Below are positions 44,573-52,978 of a DNA stretch of 64,000 nt, piece after piece. Both the position numbers and the translations under genes were made by a program. The DNA lies in assembly GCA_944376715.1 (NCBI GenBank), contig CALWDO010000010.1, forward strand, positions 34 through 64,033, given 5' to 3'. Positions within the stretch are counted from its first letter, which is position 1; every line of letters starts with the position of its first letter. The notes under the pieces are model-generated. The model was given only the letters and a program-made list of their open reading frames with translations, searched no databases and was not told where the DNA came from. This DNA comes from an uncultured Lachnoclostridium sp. GTDB taxonomy: Bacteria; Bacillota; Clostridia; Lachnospirales; Lachnospiraceae.

Positions 44573-45974
44573 TGAATCCGGACAGATTACGGTCTGGCTC
44601 TCTCTTTGTTTTCTGGTATTTCTGGCATTGTACCTGGTATGTCTGAGGTCTGTTCAGAAACAGTATCGCAGACAGCAGGCAGAACAGGCGGTGGAAGCGG
44701 GGATGTTTTCCCTGTTTTCCGAGTACGAGCCCCATCTTCTGGAGCGGTATGATCTGTTCTGCCTGGATCTTTCTTTTGCCGGAGGCGTTCAGAGAGACGA
44801 TCAGCTGTGCAGCCGTCTGTGGAAACATATGGCCGGTCAGCTGGCGGATGCGGCGGGGGAATTTCCCGAAGGATTGGAATTGCAGGGAGTTTTTATACAG
44901 GATCCGGAGCGGCTTACCGATGGCGGAGGGGCGGTATTTTATCAGCAGGCGGTCAGAATCATGAAAGAAAAAAGCGGTATCTCGATGGCGCAGGACTGGA
45001 TCCTGCAGCAGGAGTTTCGGGAGAAGGCAGAAAAAGAGTCCGAACGTTTTCAGGAGGATTGTGAGAAATATGAAGGGGTTGTACAAAACTATGAAGAAGG
45101 TGAGGAAGGGGAGATGGACGCAGAAGCCTGGCAGTGGGACGGACTGCGTGACAGTTTCCTGTGCTCCATGGCGATTCCGGGACATCAGGAGATATCCGGT
45201 AAAGCGGTGAATCTTACAGAAGCACCCTCGGTCCGGCCGTTATCTGTGGGAAGCGGGAACGCGGATGGGACGGAAGGGAACCTGATGGAAAAGCAGTGGT
45301 TTATCAGTTATCTTTGCGAATATTTGCCGCAGGCGCAGGAAGTCCTGGCCGAAGCCGAAGAGAAATATGGGGAGGAACGATGGCTGGATTATCAGATGGA
45401 GTATGTGCTTTGCGGACATGCGTCGGATCAGGAAAATCTGGAGCAGGTAATCCTGCAGATTCTTCTCTTGAGAGAGGGTGTGAATTATGTATTTCTTCTC
45501 AGTCATCCGGAGTATTCTGATCAGGCGCAGACGCTGGCAGTGCTTTTGGCAGGACTCACCGGAAACGCAGAATTGATCAATGGACTAAAACAACTGATCC
45601 TGCTTGGATGGGCATATGGAGAAAGCGTTGTGGAATTGCGTCAGCTTCTGGCAGGATATGAATTATCTGTCTGGAAAACAGAAGAGAACTGGCAGGTGCC
45701 GTTGTCAGGACTGCTGGCCCTGATTGGAGATCCCGGCAAATACGATACCCAGGATAGAAAACAACAAGGCATGGGTTATGAAGCATATCTGCGCATGTTT
45801 CTGACGCTTTTGTCTTCGGAAACACTGGCTATGAGAACATTGGATGTGATCGAGGGAGAGCTTCAGCTGATGGACGGCTGCAGCAGGATCCATGTGGATC
45901 ACTGCGCGGACCGGCTGACCGCCCGGATCTGGTTTGAGGATATTTACCTGGAAAGGACATACGGCTATGAATAA
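44529..45974 (+). CDS. Large minor pilin / TadG-like protein (DUF5702-like)
   Basis: DESG|QITVWLSL pseudopilin leader, S.FSEY...L.ERYDLF, YQMEYVLCG..SD..NL, ILLGWAYGES, Y..YLR.FL. Confidence 0.75.
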   Translation: MIYLKKSSLRAAVFDESGQITVWLSLCFLVFLALYLVCLRSVQKQYRRQQAEQAVEAGMFSLFSEYEPHLLERYDLFCLDLSFAGGVQRDDQLCSRLWKHMAGQLADAAGEFPEGLELQGVFIQDPERLTDGGGAVFYQQAVRIMKEKSGISMAQDWILQQEFREKAEKESERFQEDCEKYEGVVQNYEEGEEGEMDAEAWQWDGLRDSFLCSMAIPGHQEISGKAVNLTEAPSVRPLSVGSGNADGTEGNLMEKQWFISYLCEYLPQAQEVLAEAEEKYGEERWLDYQMEYVLCGHASDQENLEQVILQILLLREGVNYVFLLSHPEYSDQAQTLAVLLAGLTGNAELINGLKQLILLGWAYGESVVELRQLLAGYELSVWKTEENWQVPLSGLLALIGDPGKYDTQDRKQQGMGYEAYLRMFLTLLSSETLAMRTLDVIEGELQLMDGCSRIHVDHCADRLTARIWFEDIYLERTYGYE

Positions 45975-46713
45975 GACAGACAGGGAGCATGCGGGGGAGC
46001 CCTGCGAGAAGCCTTCAGATGAGAAAAAGAAACTCCAGACACCCCACAAAGTCAGATGCAGTGCGAAACAAAGGGCTTCCCCGCATGCTCCCTGCCGGGG
46101 CAGTCTGACATTGGAGACGACGCTGGTACTTCCCATTCTTCTCTGCGCGGTGGCCGCGCTGCTGGCGATGTTTTCCTTTACGGTCATACAGGGCAAAAGA
46201 TCACGCAGTCTGATGGAGCGGGCGCAGACTTTGGCTGTTACGGTGAAAGCGCCGGAATCAGATCCTTATGTCCGGCTATACGATTATAGCCGGATGGAAC
46301 TTCCCTATGCGGCGATTGGATTCAATTCTGGCCTGACAGCGCAGAAAGCGGTGGTACGTGCGTGGATCGGTTACACCGGAGAGGACATTTCCGGAATCAG
46401 TGAAACCTTCGTATATGTGACACCGGATGGTTCTGTATACCACAAGAGCGCCGGATGTACCTATCTGAGGCTGAGTATCCGAAGTGTTCCAGGAGAAAGA
46501 CTGGACGGTGAAAGAAATCAGTCGGGAAGTAAATATGATCCTTGTGAGATCTGCGTAAAAAATGCCGCGCCGGCCAGGACTGTATATGTGACAAATTACG
46601 GAGACCGCTATCATAACAATAGATCCTGCAGCGGTTTGAAAAGAACTGTGATGATGGTGCCGCTGAGTCGGGTGGGCGGAAGAGGAGCATGCTCAAAGTG
46701 TGGAGGGAATTGA
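45967..46713 (+). CDS. TadE-like minor pilin with C-terminal duplicated His/Cys metal-binding repeats
   Basis: RG|SLTLETTLVLP leader; VYVT..G..YH....C..L twice plus CxxC pairs (PCEIC, ACSKC). Confidence 0.8.
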   Translation: MNKTDREHAGEPCEKPSDEKKKLQTPHKVRCSAKQRASPHAPCRGSLTLETTLVLPILLCAVAALLAMFSFTVIQGKRSRSLMERAQTLAVTVKAPESDPYVRLYDYSRMELPYAAIGFNSGLTAQKAVVRAWIGYTGEDISGISETFVYVTPDGSVYHKSAGCTYLRLSIRSVPGERLDGERNQSGSKYDPCEICVKNAAPARTVYVTNYGDRYHNNRSCSGLKRTVMMVPLSRVGGRGACSKCGGN

Positions 46714-47084
46714 GCTGGTGGTGGGTACTGGTCTGTCTGACCGTGCTCGCCATAGAGGATATCCGGACAGGATGGCTGTCTATGTCTGTGGCCGGGGCGC
46801 TGGGAATTACAGGACTCATGGGCGCGCCGGCATCAGGAAGGTGTCCGGCGCTGCTGCCGGGGTTAGTCCTGTTAGGGATTGGTTTTTTCACGGGAGAGAG
46901 GATCGGATACGGTGACGGATATTTGATGTTGGCGCTGGGCGCATGGCTTGGAATTCATGAACTGTTATGGGTTCTTGGGACCGGCTTGATGCTGGCGTCC
47001 TGTATAGCTGTTCTGACACACAGAAAAGAACTGCCACTGGTTCCGTTTTTGACAGCGGCATACATATTGGAGAGATGGTGTTGA
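46689..47084 (+). CDS. Prepilin peptidase, A24 family (TadV-like)
   Basis: EDIRTG, IGYGDG catalytic GxGD, LPLVPFL. Confidence 0.85.
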   Translation: MLKVWRELSWWWVLVCLTVLAIEDIRTGWLSMSVAGALGITGLMGAPASGRCPALLPGLVLLGIGFFTGERIGYGDGYLMLALGAWLGIHELLWVLGTGLMLASCIAVLTHRKELPLVPFLTAAYILERWC

Positions 47085-47479
47085 AAAAAAGAGGAAGATT
47101 TGTTGTGGAAGCGGCTTTGCTGGTACCGGGGATCTGCCTGCTGCTGGTATATATAGTGTTTTTTACTTTATATGCGCATGATTATGCAGTATGCGCGCAT
47201 ACGGCACTGGAATCCGGGATCAAGGGCGTCTATCGGGACGGAGTCGGAGACAGTCAGAAGGCGCAGGATATAAAAGCTGATCTGGAACAGAAACTTTCAC
47301 AGAGGCTTTTGTGGATGAGAGAAAAAGAAGTAGAGATTCAGGTAAACCCCATCCGTGTGGCGATCCGAATCTCGGGCGGCGGGTATTATTTCCCAGAGGA
47401 GCGGATAGAGGTAGAACGAACGATATATCGGACAGCGCCCTGCGAAACCATACGCAGGAGCAAGTGGTTGAAAGAATAG
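47075..47479 (+). CDS. TadE-like minor pilin
   Basis: KRG|RFVVEAALLVP leader followed by a TM helix; start 47075 or TTG 47081. Confidence 0.78.
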   Translation: MVLKKRGRFVVEAALLVPGICLLLVYIVFFTLYAHDYAVCAHTALESGIKGVYRDGVGDSQKAQDIKADLEQKLSQRLLWMREKEVEIQVNPIRVAIRISGGGYYFPEERIEVERTIYRTAPCETIRRSKWLKE

Positions 47480-47492
47480 GGGGAGTGCAGTC

Positions 47493-48548
47493 ATGGATGT
47501 ACGGTACAAAAGAGATTTAAACAGTAATTATATGATTCTGAGCGGAGACGGTACAGAGGACGGCGGATATGAGCTCCGGATGGTGACAGAGAACCGGATT
47601 CCCGGATTTTTGCCCTGTGTCTGCCAGAGGCATGAGGACCGAACAGAATATTACTACGAGATAACCGGGAAACAGAGCATGGCGTTGATGTATGAGCGCA
47701 GAAAATTGAGTTTTGACCAGTTAAAGAATCTTTTAAAGGATTTAGAAAAAATTCTGGAGGCTTCCAAAGAATATTTGCTGAGTCCGGAGCATTTTCTGTT
47801 AAATCCGGAGTATATGTATCTGCATACAAGGACGGAAAAATTGTATCTTTGCTTTGATCCGGAATATCAGGGAGATATCAGAGAGTCATTTCTTGACTGG
47901 ACAGAGTACCTGCTTGGGAAATTAGATAAGAGCGATATGAAAGGCATTGAGTTTGGATATGAGCTGTATCAGAGCGCTTTGGAGCCAAATTTCAGCCTGC
48001 TTGAGATTCTCCATAAACATACGGAGGAAGAGCAGATGGTAACTCCCGAAGAGCAGGAAGCGATCCTTGATGTACAGGAGGAAATTCTGGAAAAGACCGG
48101 AAGCTGGAAAAATTTCTTCCGGAAGAAGAGCCGCAAACCTCAGATAGAAGATTATGTGGCGGAAGCGGAACGCATGAACAGCGGATCTTTGCTGTTTCTC
48201 AGGGAGCAGGAGACGCCTGCCGGAGAAACCCTCTGCCTGTCTGAACAGAAAAAAGAGGGACTGATGCTGCACAGCCTGGATCCCGAGTATCCGGATTTTA
48301 TAATCCGGCAGGAGAATTTTATCATTGGAAAGAAAAAGGAGGGAGTGGACGGATGCATTCCTGCCTCAACGATCAGCAGACTTCATGCCCGTATTACATT
48401 CGACGGTACTGTCTATTTTCTGGAAGATCTGAACTCTACCAACGGTACCTGGATAGACAGGGAGCAACTCAATCCTTACGAACTGCATCCGTTGGCAAAT
48501 GGGAGCAGAATTGTCTTTGCCAGTGTGGAGTATGAGGCGCGGATGTAA
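47493..48548 (+). CDS. DUF6382-like domain + FHA domain protein
   Basis: YELRMV.EN.IPG.L, YYEITGKQS, L.PEY.Y N-domain; FHA IGK...ISRLHARI...LEDLNSTNGTWI. Confidence 0.85.
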   Translation: MDVRYKRDLNSNYMILSGDGTEDGGYELRMVTENRIPGFLPCVCQRHEDRTEYYYEITGKQSMALMYERRKLSFDQLKNLLKDLEKILEASKEYLLSPEHFLLNPEYMYLHTRTEKLYLCFDPEYQGDIRESFLDWTEYLLGKLDKSDMKGIEFGYELYQSALEPNFSLLEILHKHTEEEQMVTPEEQEAILDVQEEILEKTGSWKNFFRKKSRKPQIEDYVAEAERMNSGSLLFLREQETPAGETLCLSEQKKEGLMLHSLDPEYPDFIIRQENFIIGKKKEGVDGCIPASTISRLHARITFDGTVYFLEDLNSTNGTWIDREQLNPYELHPLANGSRIVFASVEYEARM

Positions 48549-48569
48549 AATAAATTGTGTAAAAACAAT

Positions 48570-48604
48570 GCCGGGATCCTTTGGCGCGGATCCCGGCTGT
48601 TTTG
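48570..48604. terminator. Bidirectional terminator
   Basis: GCCGGGATCC / GGATCCCGGC with flanking A/T runs. Confidence 0.75.
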
Positions 48605-49360
48605 TTATCGTATCTTGGGGCTTTCGTCAAATTCAAACTGATTCATGTCGCCCCGGTAATGTGAGAATGCATAGTCAATAATTTTTCCCTGTGTCGTTGT
48701 GGACACTGTGTGAGAACACAGTATCGGAGAATTTACTTTTATATTCATCAACTCCCGGTCCTCCGGCGTGGCGTTTCGGGCAGATACGATAGTTTTAGTG
48801 CTGGCGATCTGAGTCTCCGGGTTGGACATAAGCAACTCATAAAGCGAATGGGTTCGAAAATCGTAGCTTAATATAAAAGAGCAGAGATCATACGGGATAT
48901 AATTTTGTAAAGTTACAATGGGTACTTCGTCGGCAAAGCGGCGCCGAAACATGGAAATTACCTTTTGATCTGGTTCGAGCTGCAGTTCTTTGGCAATCTC
49001 CGGAGTGGGCGTAATGACATTCAGATCAATCAATTCTGTGCGGGGAGTCTTTCCCTGCTTTTCGATTTGCTGGTAAAACGGTTCGAAAGAACGAATGAAA
49101 CCGGATTCCTGCTTTGGATGTGTAACAAATGTACCTTTACTTGCCTTTCTGGTCAGCCACCCTTCTTGCACCAGAGCGGAAATCGCCTGGCGAACGGTGG
49201 AACGACTGATGTGGTAATAATCCACCAATTCATTTTCTGTGGGAATCATATCTCCGATGGCAAACTCATTGTTTTTGATGTCATCGAGGATCATACTTTT
49301 TAGCTGAAAATACAGAGGAATCGGAGTGCTTCTGTCCAGCTCTTTGTGAAATAACTGCAT
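48605..49360 (-). CDS. GntR (HutC/UTRA) family regulator
   Basis: PLYFQLK, IPTENEL, ISRSTVRQAI, KGTFV, UTRA-like C-domain. Confidence 0.93.
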   Translation of the reverse strand: MQLFHKELDRSTPIPLYFQLKSMILDDIKNNEFAIGDMIPTENELVDYYHISRSTVRQAISALVQEGWLTRKASKGTFVTHPKQESGFIRSFEPFYQQIEKQGKTPRTELIDLNVITPTPEIAKELQLEPDQKVISMFRRRFADEVPIVTLQNYIPYDLCSFILSYDFRTHSLYELLMSNPETQIASTKTIVSARNATPEDRELMNIKVNSPILCSHTVSTTTQGKIIDYAFSHYRGDMNQFEFDESPKIR

Positions 49361-49397
49361 AACATTTTCTCCCTGTGTTTGCTTTGTCGGCATTATA

Positions 49398-49645
49398 ATG
49401 TACGGACAATAAAACAAATATATACTTATCATATGCTATATAGAAGAAAAAAGCAACTATATTTTTGAAAATCGAGAATAAAATAGAGATATAAATAAAG
49501 GTGTAAGAGTGGAATGCTATCAGAAACAAGAAAAATATACAGAAAATAGATAAATAACAGAGTAAAAATATAACTTTTTGATATTTTTTCAAAAAGGGTG
49601 TTGACATTTTTTGTTTATTATGCAATTATACATATGTACGAACAA
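49398..49645. promoter_or_regulatory. Two candidate GntR operators in the divergent promoter region
   Basis: ATGTACGGACAA (49398-49409) and ATGTACGAACAA (49634-49645); TTGACA at 49601. Confidence 0.55.
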
Positions 49646-49696
49646 AAGAACAAACGTATAATATAATAAAATGAAGACTAAAAAGGATGAAAGATC

Positions 49697-50647
49697 ATGA
49701 AAGCACTCTGCATAGGAATGATGGTATGCGATACATTAATTTCTCCGGTTCCTGAAAATATTCTTGAGCTGGACAGCGTCAGAATCGATAAACCCAGGAT
49801 CTGCTGCGGAGGGGATGCGTTGAACGTGGCTATGGGATTAGCTAGGCTGGGATGTCCTGTCTCTATTATAGGAAGAATTGGAAGAGACTCCAATGGAAGT
49901 TTTATCCTGAAAGAATGCCAACAAAATCATATAGACAGTTCCAGAGTGATCTTTGATCAGGAATGCGGAACGGCTGCTTCTTATGCTTTGATAGATACAA
50001 ATGGAGAAAGACACTTTCTGACAGAAAAATCTGTATTTTATCGGATATCAGGAACAGATGTATCGGACGCGGCGATTTCTGATACAGATGCGGTATATAT
50101 CGGATCTGCGATGGCTCTTCAGAAAATGGATGAAGGCGGAATACAGGATGTATTTACAAGGGCACATCGTATGGGAAAGCTGACAATCATGGATGCGGCA
50201 GTTAATATAGAAGACCCGGAAAAGGACTGGATGAATCTTTTGGCACCGGCGTTTCAGGAAACGGATGTATTCTTCCCCAGTATGGGGGAGGCGGTCAAAC
50301 TGACCGGTGAAACAGAGCCGGAGAGGATAGCAGATTATTTTCGGAAATTTCCCATGAAGCTTTTTGGCATGAAGCTGGGCGGAGACGGATGTTTTGCCAC
50401 TGACTTTAACAAAACACATTATATAAAATGCCCTTCCGGAATGCCGGTAGTGGATACTACAGGAGCGGGCGACTCGTTTATGGCAGGGCTTACCTGTGCT
50501 TTGCTGAAAGGATGGGATACGTTTGAGGCAGTTCGGTTTGCTTCCTGTGTGGCTACCAGGAATGTGGGAGCAGTAGGAGGAACGGCAGGGATTCCCGGTT
50601 ATGATGAGGCAGTTCAGTTTTATCAGGAATGGAAAGATGTTTTATAA
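49697..50647 (+). CDS. PfkB family carbohydrate kinase (YdjH-like)
   Basis: LCIG...D....PV, GGDALN, GRIG.D..G, GERHF, VVDTTGAGDSF. Confidence 0.9.
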   Translation: MKALCIGMMVCDTLISPVPENILELDSVRIDKPRICCGGDALNVAMGLARLGCPVSIIGRIGRDSNGSFILKECQQNHIDSSRVIFDQECGTAASYALIDTNGERHFLTEKSVFYRISGTDVSDAAISDTDAVYIGSAMALQKMDEGGIQDVFTRAHRMGKLTIMDAAVNIEDPEKDWMNLLAPAFQETDVFFPSMGEAVKLTGETEPERIADYFRKFPMKLFGMKLGGDGCFATDFNKTHYIKCPSGMPVVDTTGAGDSFMAGLTCALLKGWDTFEAVRFASCVATRNVGAVGGTAGIPGYDEAVQFYQEWKDVL

Positions 50648-50770
50648 AAGGCAGTATCAGTTTCATAAAATGCGTGCAGGATATCATGCGCGCAGAGAGA
50701 CTGTTTGCATAAAAACAGCATGTAGAGCAGGAGCTCTTGATGCATGTAAAGTAGAAAGGAAGAAAAAGTT

Positions 50771-51622
50771 ATGAGATTTGCACCAATGAAAGAAATTCTG
50801 GATCTGGCAGAGGAACGCAAGATTGCCTACGGGGCTTTTGTGACGGTGTCTTATGAAACCGCACTGGCCGCTATCGAGGCCGGCAGTGAGATTGATTGCC
50901 CGGTTATCTTTATCACAGGAACAGATTGCTGCGATCTGATGGGAGGATTTGAGGGAACTGTAGAAACTGTCAAGCGGGCGATGGCTCATGCAACTGTGCC
51001 GGTTGCGCTTCATCTGGATCATTGCCGTACCTATGAAGAATGTGTACAGGCGATACAGGCAGGCTATTCTTCAGTGATGATCGACGGTTCTTCTCTTCCG
51101 TTTGAGGAAAATGTGGCGCTTACAAAGAAAGTTGTAGATTATGCTCATACATTAGGGATCACCGTGGAAGGTGAGTTAGGAAAGCTGGTTGGAGAAGAAG
51201 GCGATCTGATCGTAAAAGGACCGGAAGCGGCGCAGACGGATCCGCAGGAGGCAAAAGAATTCGTGGAGCGTACCGGAGTAGACTGTCTGGCAGTCAGCAT
51301 TGGAACGCAGCATGGACATTATATTGCGGCTCCCCATCTGAATATTGAGAGACTGAAAGCAATTAAAGAGGTTGTAGATGTGCCGCTGGTACTGCATGGA
51401 GGTTCCGGAACTCCACTGGATCAGGTACAGGAAGCGATCCGCTGCGGTATCCGTAAGATTAATGTGGCAACGGATGTGCTGACTGCAGTAGCGGATTCTT
51501 TTGAAACACTGAAAAAACAGCCGGGATTCAAATACAATACTGCTATGTTTATTAATTCCAAGAATACTGCAAAAGAGTTTATCAAAGGTAAGATGAAAGA
51601 TTTCAGATTTGAAAACGAATGA
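50771..51622 (+). CDS. Class II (metal-dependent) ketose-phosphate aldolase
   Basis: LHLDHC, SSVMIDGS, VEGELG, LAVSIGTQHG, LVLHGGSG, KINVAT. Confidence 0.93.
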   Translation: MRFAPMKEILDLAEERKIAYGAFVTVSYETALAAIEAGSEIDCPVIFITGTDCCDLMGGFEGTVETVKRAMAHATVPVALHLDHCRTYEECVQAIQAGYSSVMIDGSSLPFEENVALTKKVVDYAHTLGITVEGELGKLVGEEGDLIVKGPEAAQTDPQEAKEFVERTGVDCLAVSIGTQHGHYIAAPHLNIERLKAIKEVVDVPLVLHGGSGTPLDQVQEAIRCGIRKINVATDVLTAVADSFETLKKQPGFKYNTAMFINSKNTAKEFIKGKMKDFRFENE

Positions 51623-51722
51623 TATGGCTCGACCGGTGTCCTATACGCAACTGGGCTACAGACATCATGAAGAGATAGGGCGCCGCCCGGGTAACCGGTA
51701 AATATATCTAACGAATTGGAGG

Positions 51723-52895
51723 ATGAAAGGTATGAAAAGGAAAGTAATCAGCTCCCTGTTGGCGACTGCCATGGTATGCTCTCTGGCAGCATGTGGATCA
51801 TCTACGACGACGTCAGATACATCTGACACGGCAGAGACTGCGGAAGATACTTCTTCCGATACGACGACAGAAGAGGCGGCTGATACCGGGGAGACTGCAG
51901 AGACTGCCAGTACTGGTGACAATGTGAGTGCGACTGTGATCTGGAGAGCATTTGACGACCAGTTCCAGAGCGGCTTCCGTATTATTATGGAAAGCCAGGC
52001 GGAAGAGCTGGGCGGCATCACGTTGGATATGCAGGATGCAGCGAATGATGTATCTACGGCAAACAACAAGCTGGATGCAGCTTTGACTAAGGGCACTGAT
52101 GTGGTAGCAATCTGTGCTCCTGACCGTGAGAGTACAGAAACCATGGCGCAGAAGTGCGATGCAGACGGAGTTCCGGCAGTGTTCTTCAATATGGAGCCTA
52201 TGGAGACCACGATGGAAAACTATGACAATATCTGGTATGTGGGTGCAGAGGCAGCTCAGTCTGGAGAGATGTGTGCACAGGCATTGATTAACTATTGGAA
52301 CGAGAATACAGAAATTGCGGATAAAAACGGAGACGGTGTTCTGCAGCTGGTTATCCTTCAGGGAGAGATCGGACAGCAGGATGTGCAGCTGAGAACACAG
52401 GCATATGAAGATACACTGAAGGCTCAGGGGATCGATTATGAGATCCTTGCTATGGATACGGCAAATTGGGATCAGGCCCAGGCGCTGGATAAGATGAACG
52501 CATGGATTACCGCATATGGCATTGACGGTATCGAAGGTGTGCTCTGCAACAATGACAGTATGGCCATGGGAGCTGTACAGGCATGTATCAATAATGGTTA
52601 TAACTCCGGAGATCCGGAAAAATTTGTGCCGATCGTGGGTATTGATGCAAACATTGATGCACTGGAAGCTATGAAAGCAGGATCTCTTCTGGGCACTGTC
52701 CTGAATGACCGGCAGAATCAGTCTATTGCGATCATCAACGTGATCAAGGCAGTCAATGCCGGACAGGAGATCACGGAAGATGTGGTAGGCGTTGACTGTA
52801 CTGTAGATGGAAAATATATCTGGGTACCGTATGTCATCGTGGATGAGAGCAATCTGGATGCAACGCTGGAACAGATGAATGCTCTGTCTGAATAA
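51723..52895 (+). CDS. Monosaccharide ABC substrate-binding lipoprotein (MglB-like)
   Basis: Lipobox LAAC, Ca-loop DKNGDG, NNDSMAMGA, VGIDA, GTVLND; start 51723 or 51732. Confidence 0.9.
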   Translation: MKGMKRKVISSLLATAMVCSLAACGSSTTTSDTSDTAETAEDTSSDTTTEEAADTGETAETASTGDNVSATVIWRAFDDQFQSGFRIIMESQAEELGGITLDMQDAANDVSTANNKLDAALTKGTDVVAICAPDRESTETMAQKCDADGVPAVFFNMEPMETTMENYDNIWYVGAEAAQSGEMCAQALINYWNENTEIADKNGDGVLQLVILQGEIGQQDVQLRTQAYEDTLKAQGIDYEILAMDTANWDQAQALDKMNAWITAYGIDGIEGVLCNNDSMAMGAVQACINNGYNSGDPEKFVPIVGIDANIDALEAMKAGSLLGTVLNDRQNQSIAIINVIKAVNAGQEITEDVVGVDCTVDGKYIWVPYVIVDESNLDATLEQMNALSE

Positions 52896-52978
52896 TGCAA
52901 CAGAAAAAGAGAAATATCTTTGCAGCCATGCGGCGTCTGTGATTATGGCGCCGCATAATAGAAAGGAAGGATATTACT

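Noticed and set aside
51634-51685. Imperfect stem CGGTGTCCTAT...ATAGGGCGCCG between the aldolase and SBP genes as an ncRNA
   Set aside because: Most simply an mRNA-stabilising or processing hairpin typical before SBP genes; no promoter or family match
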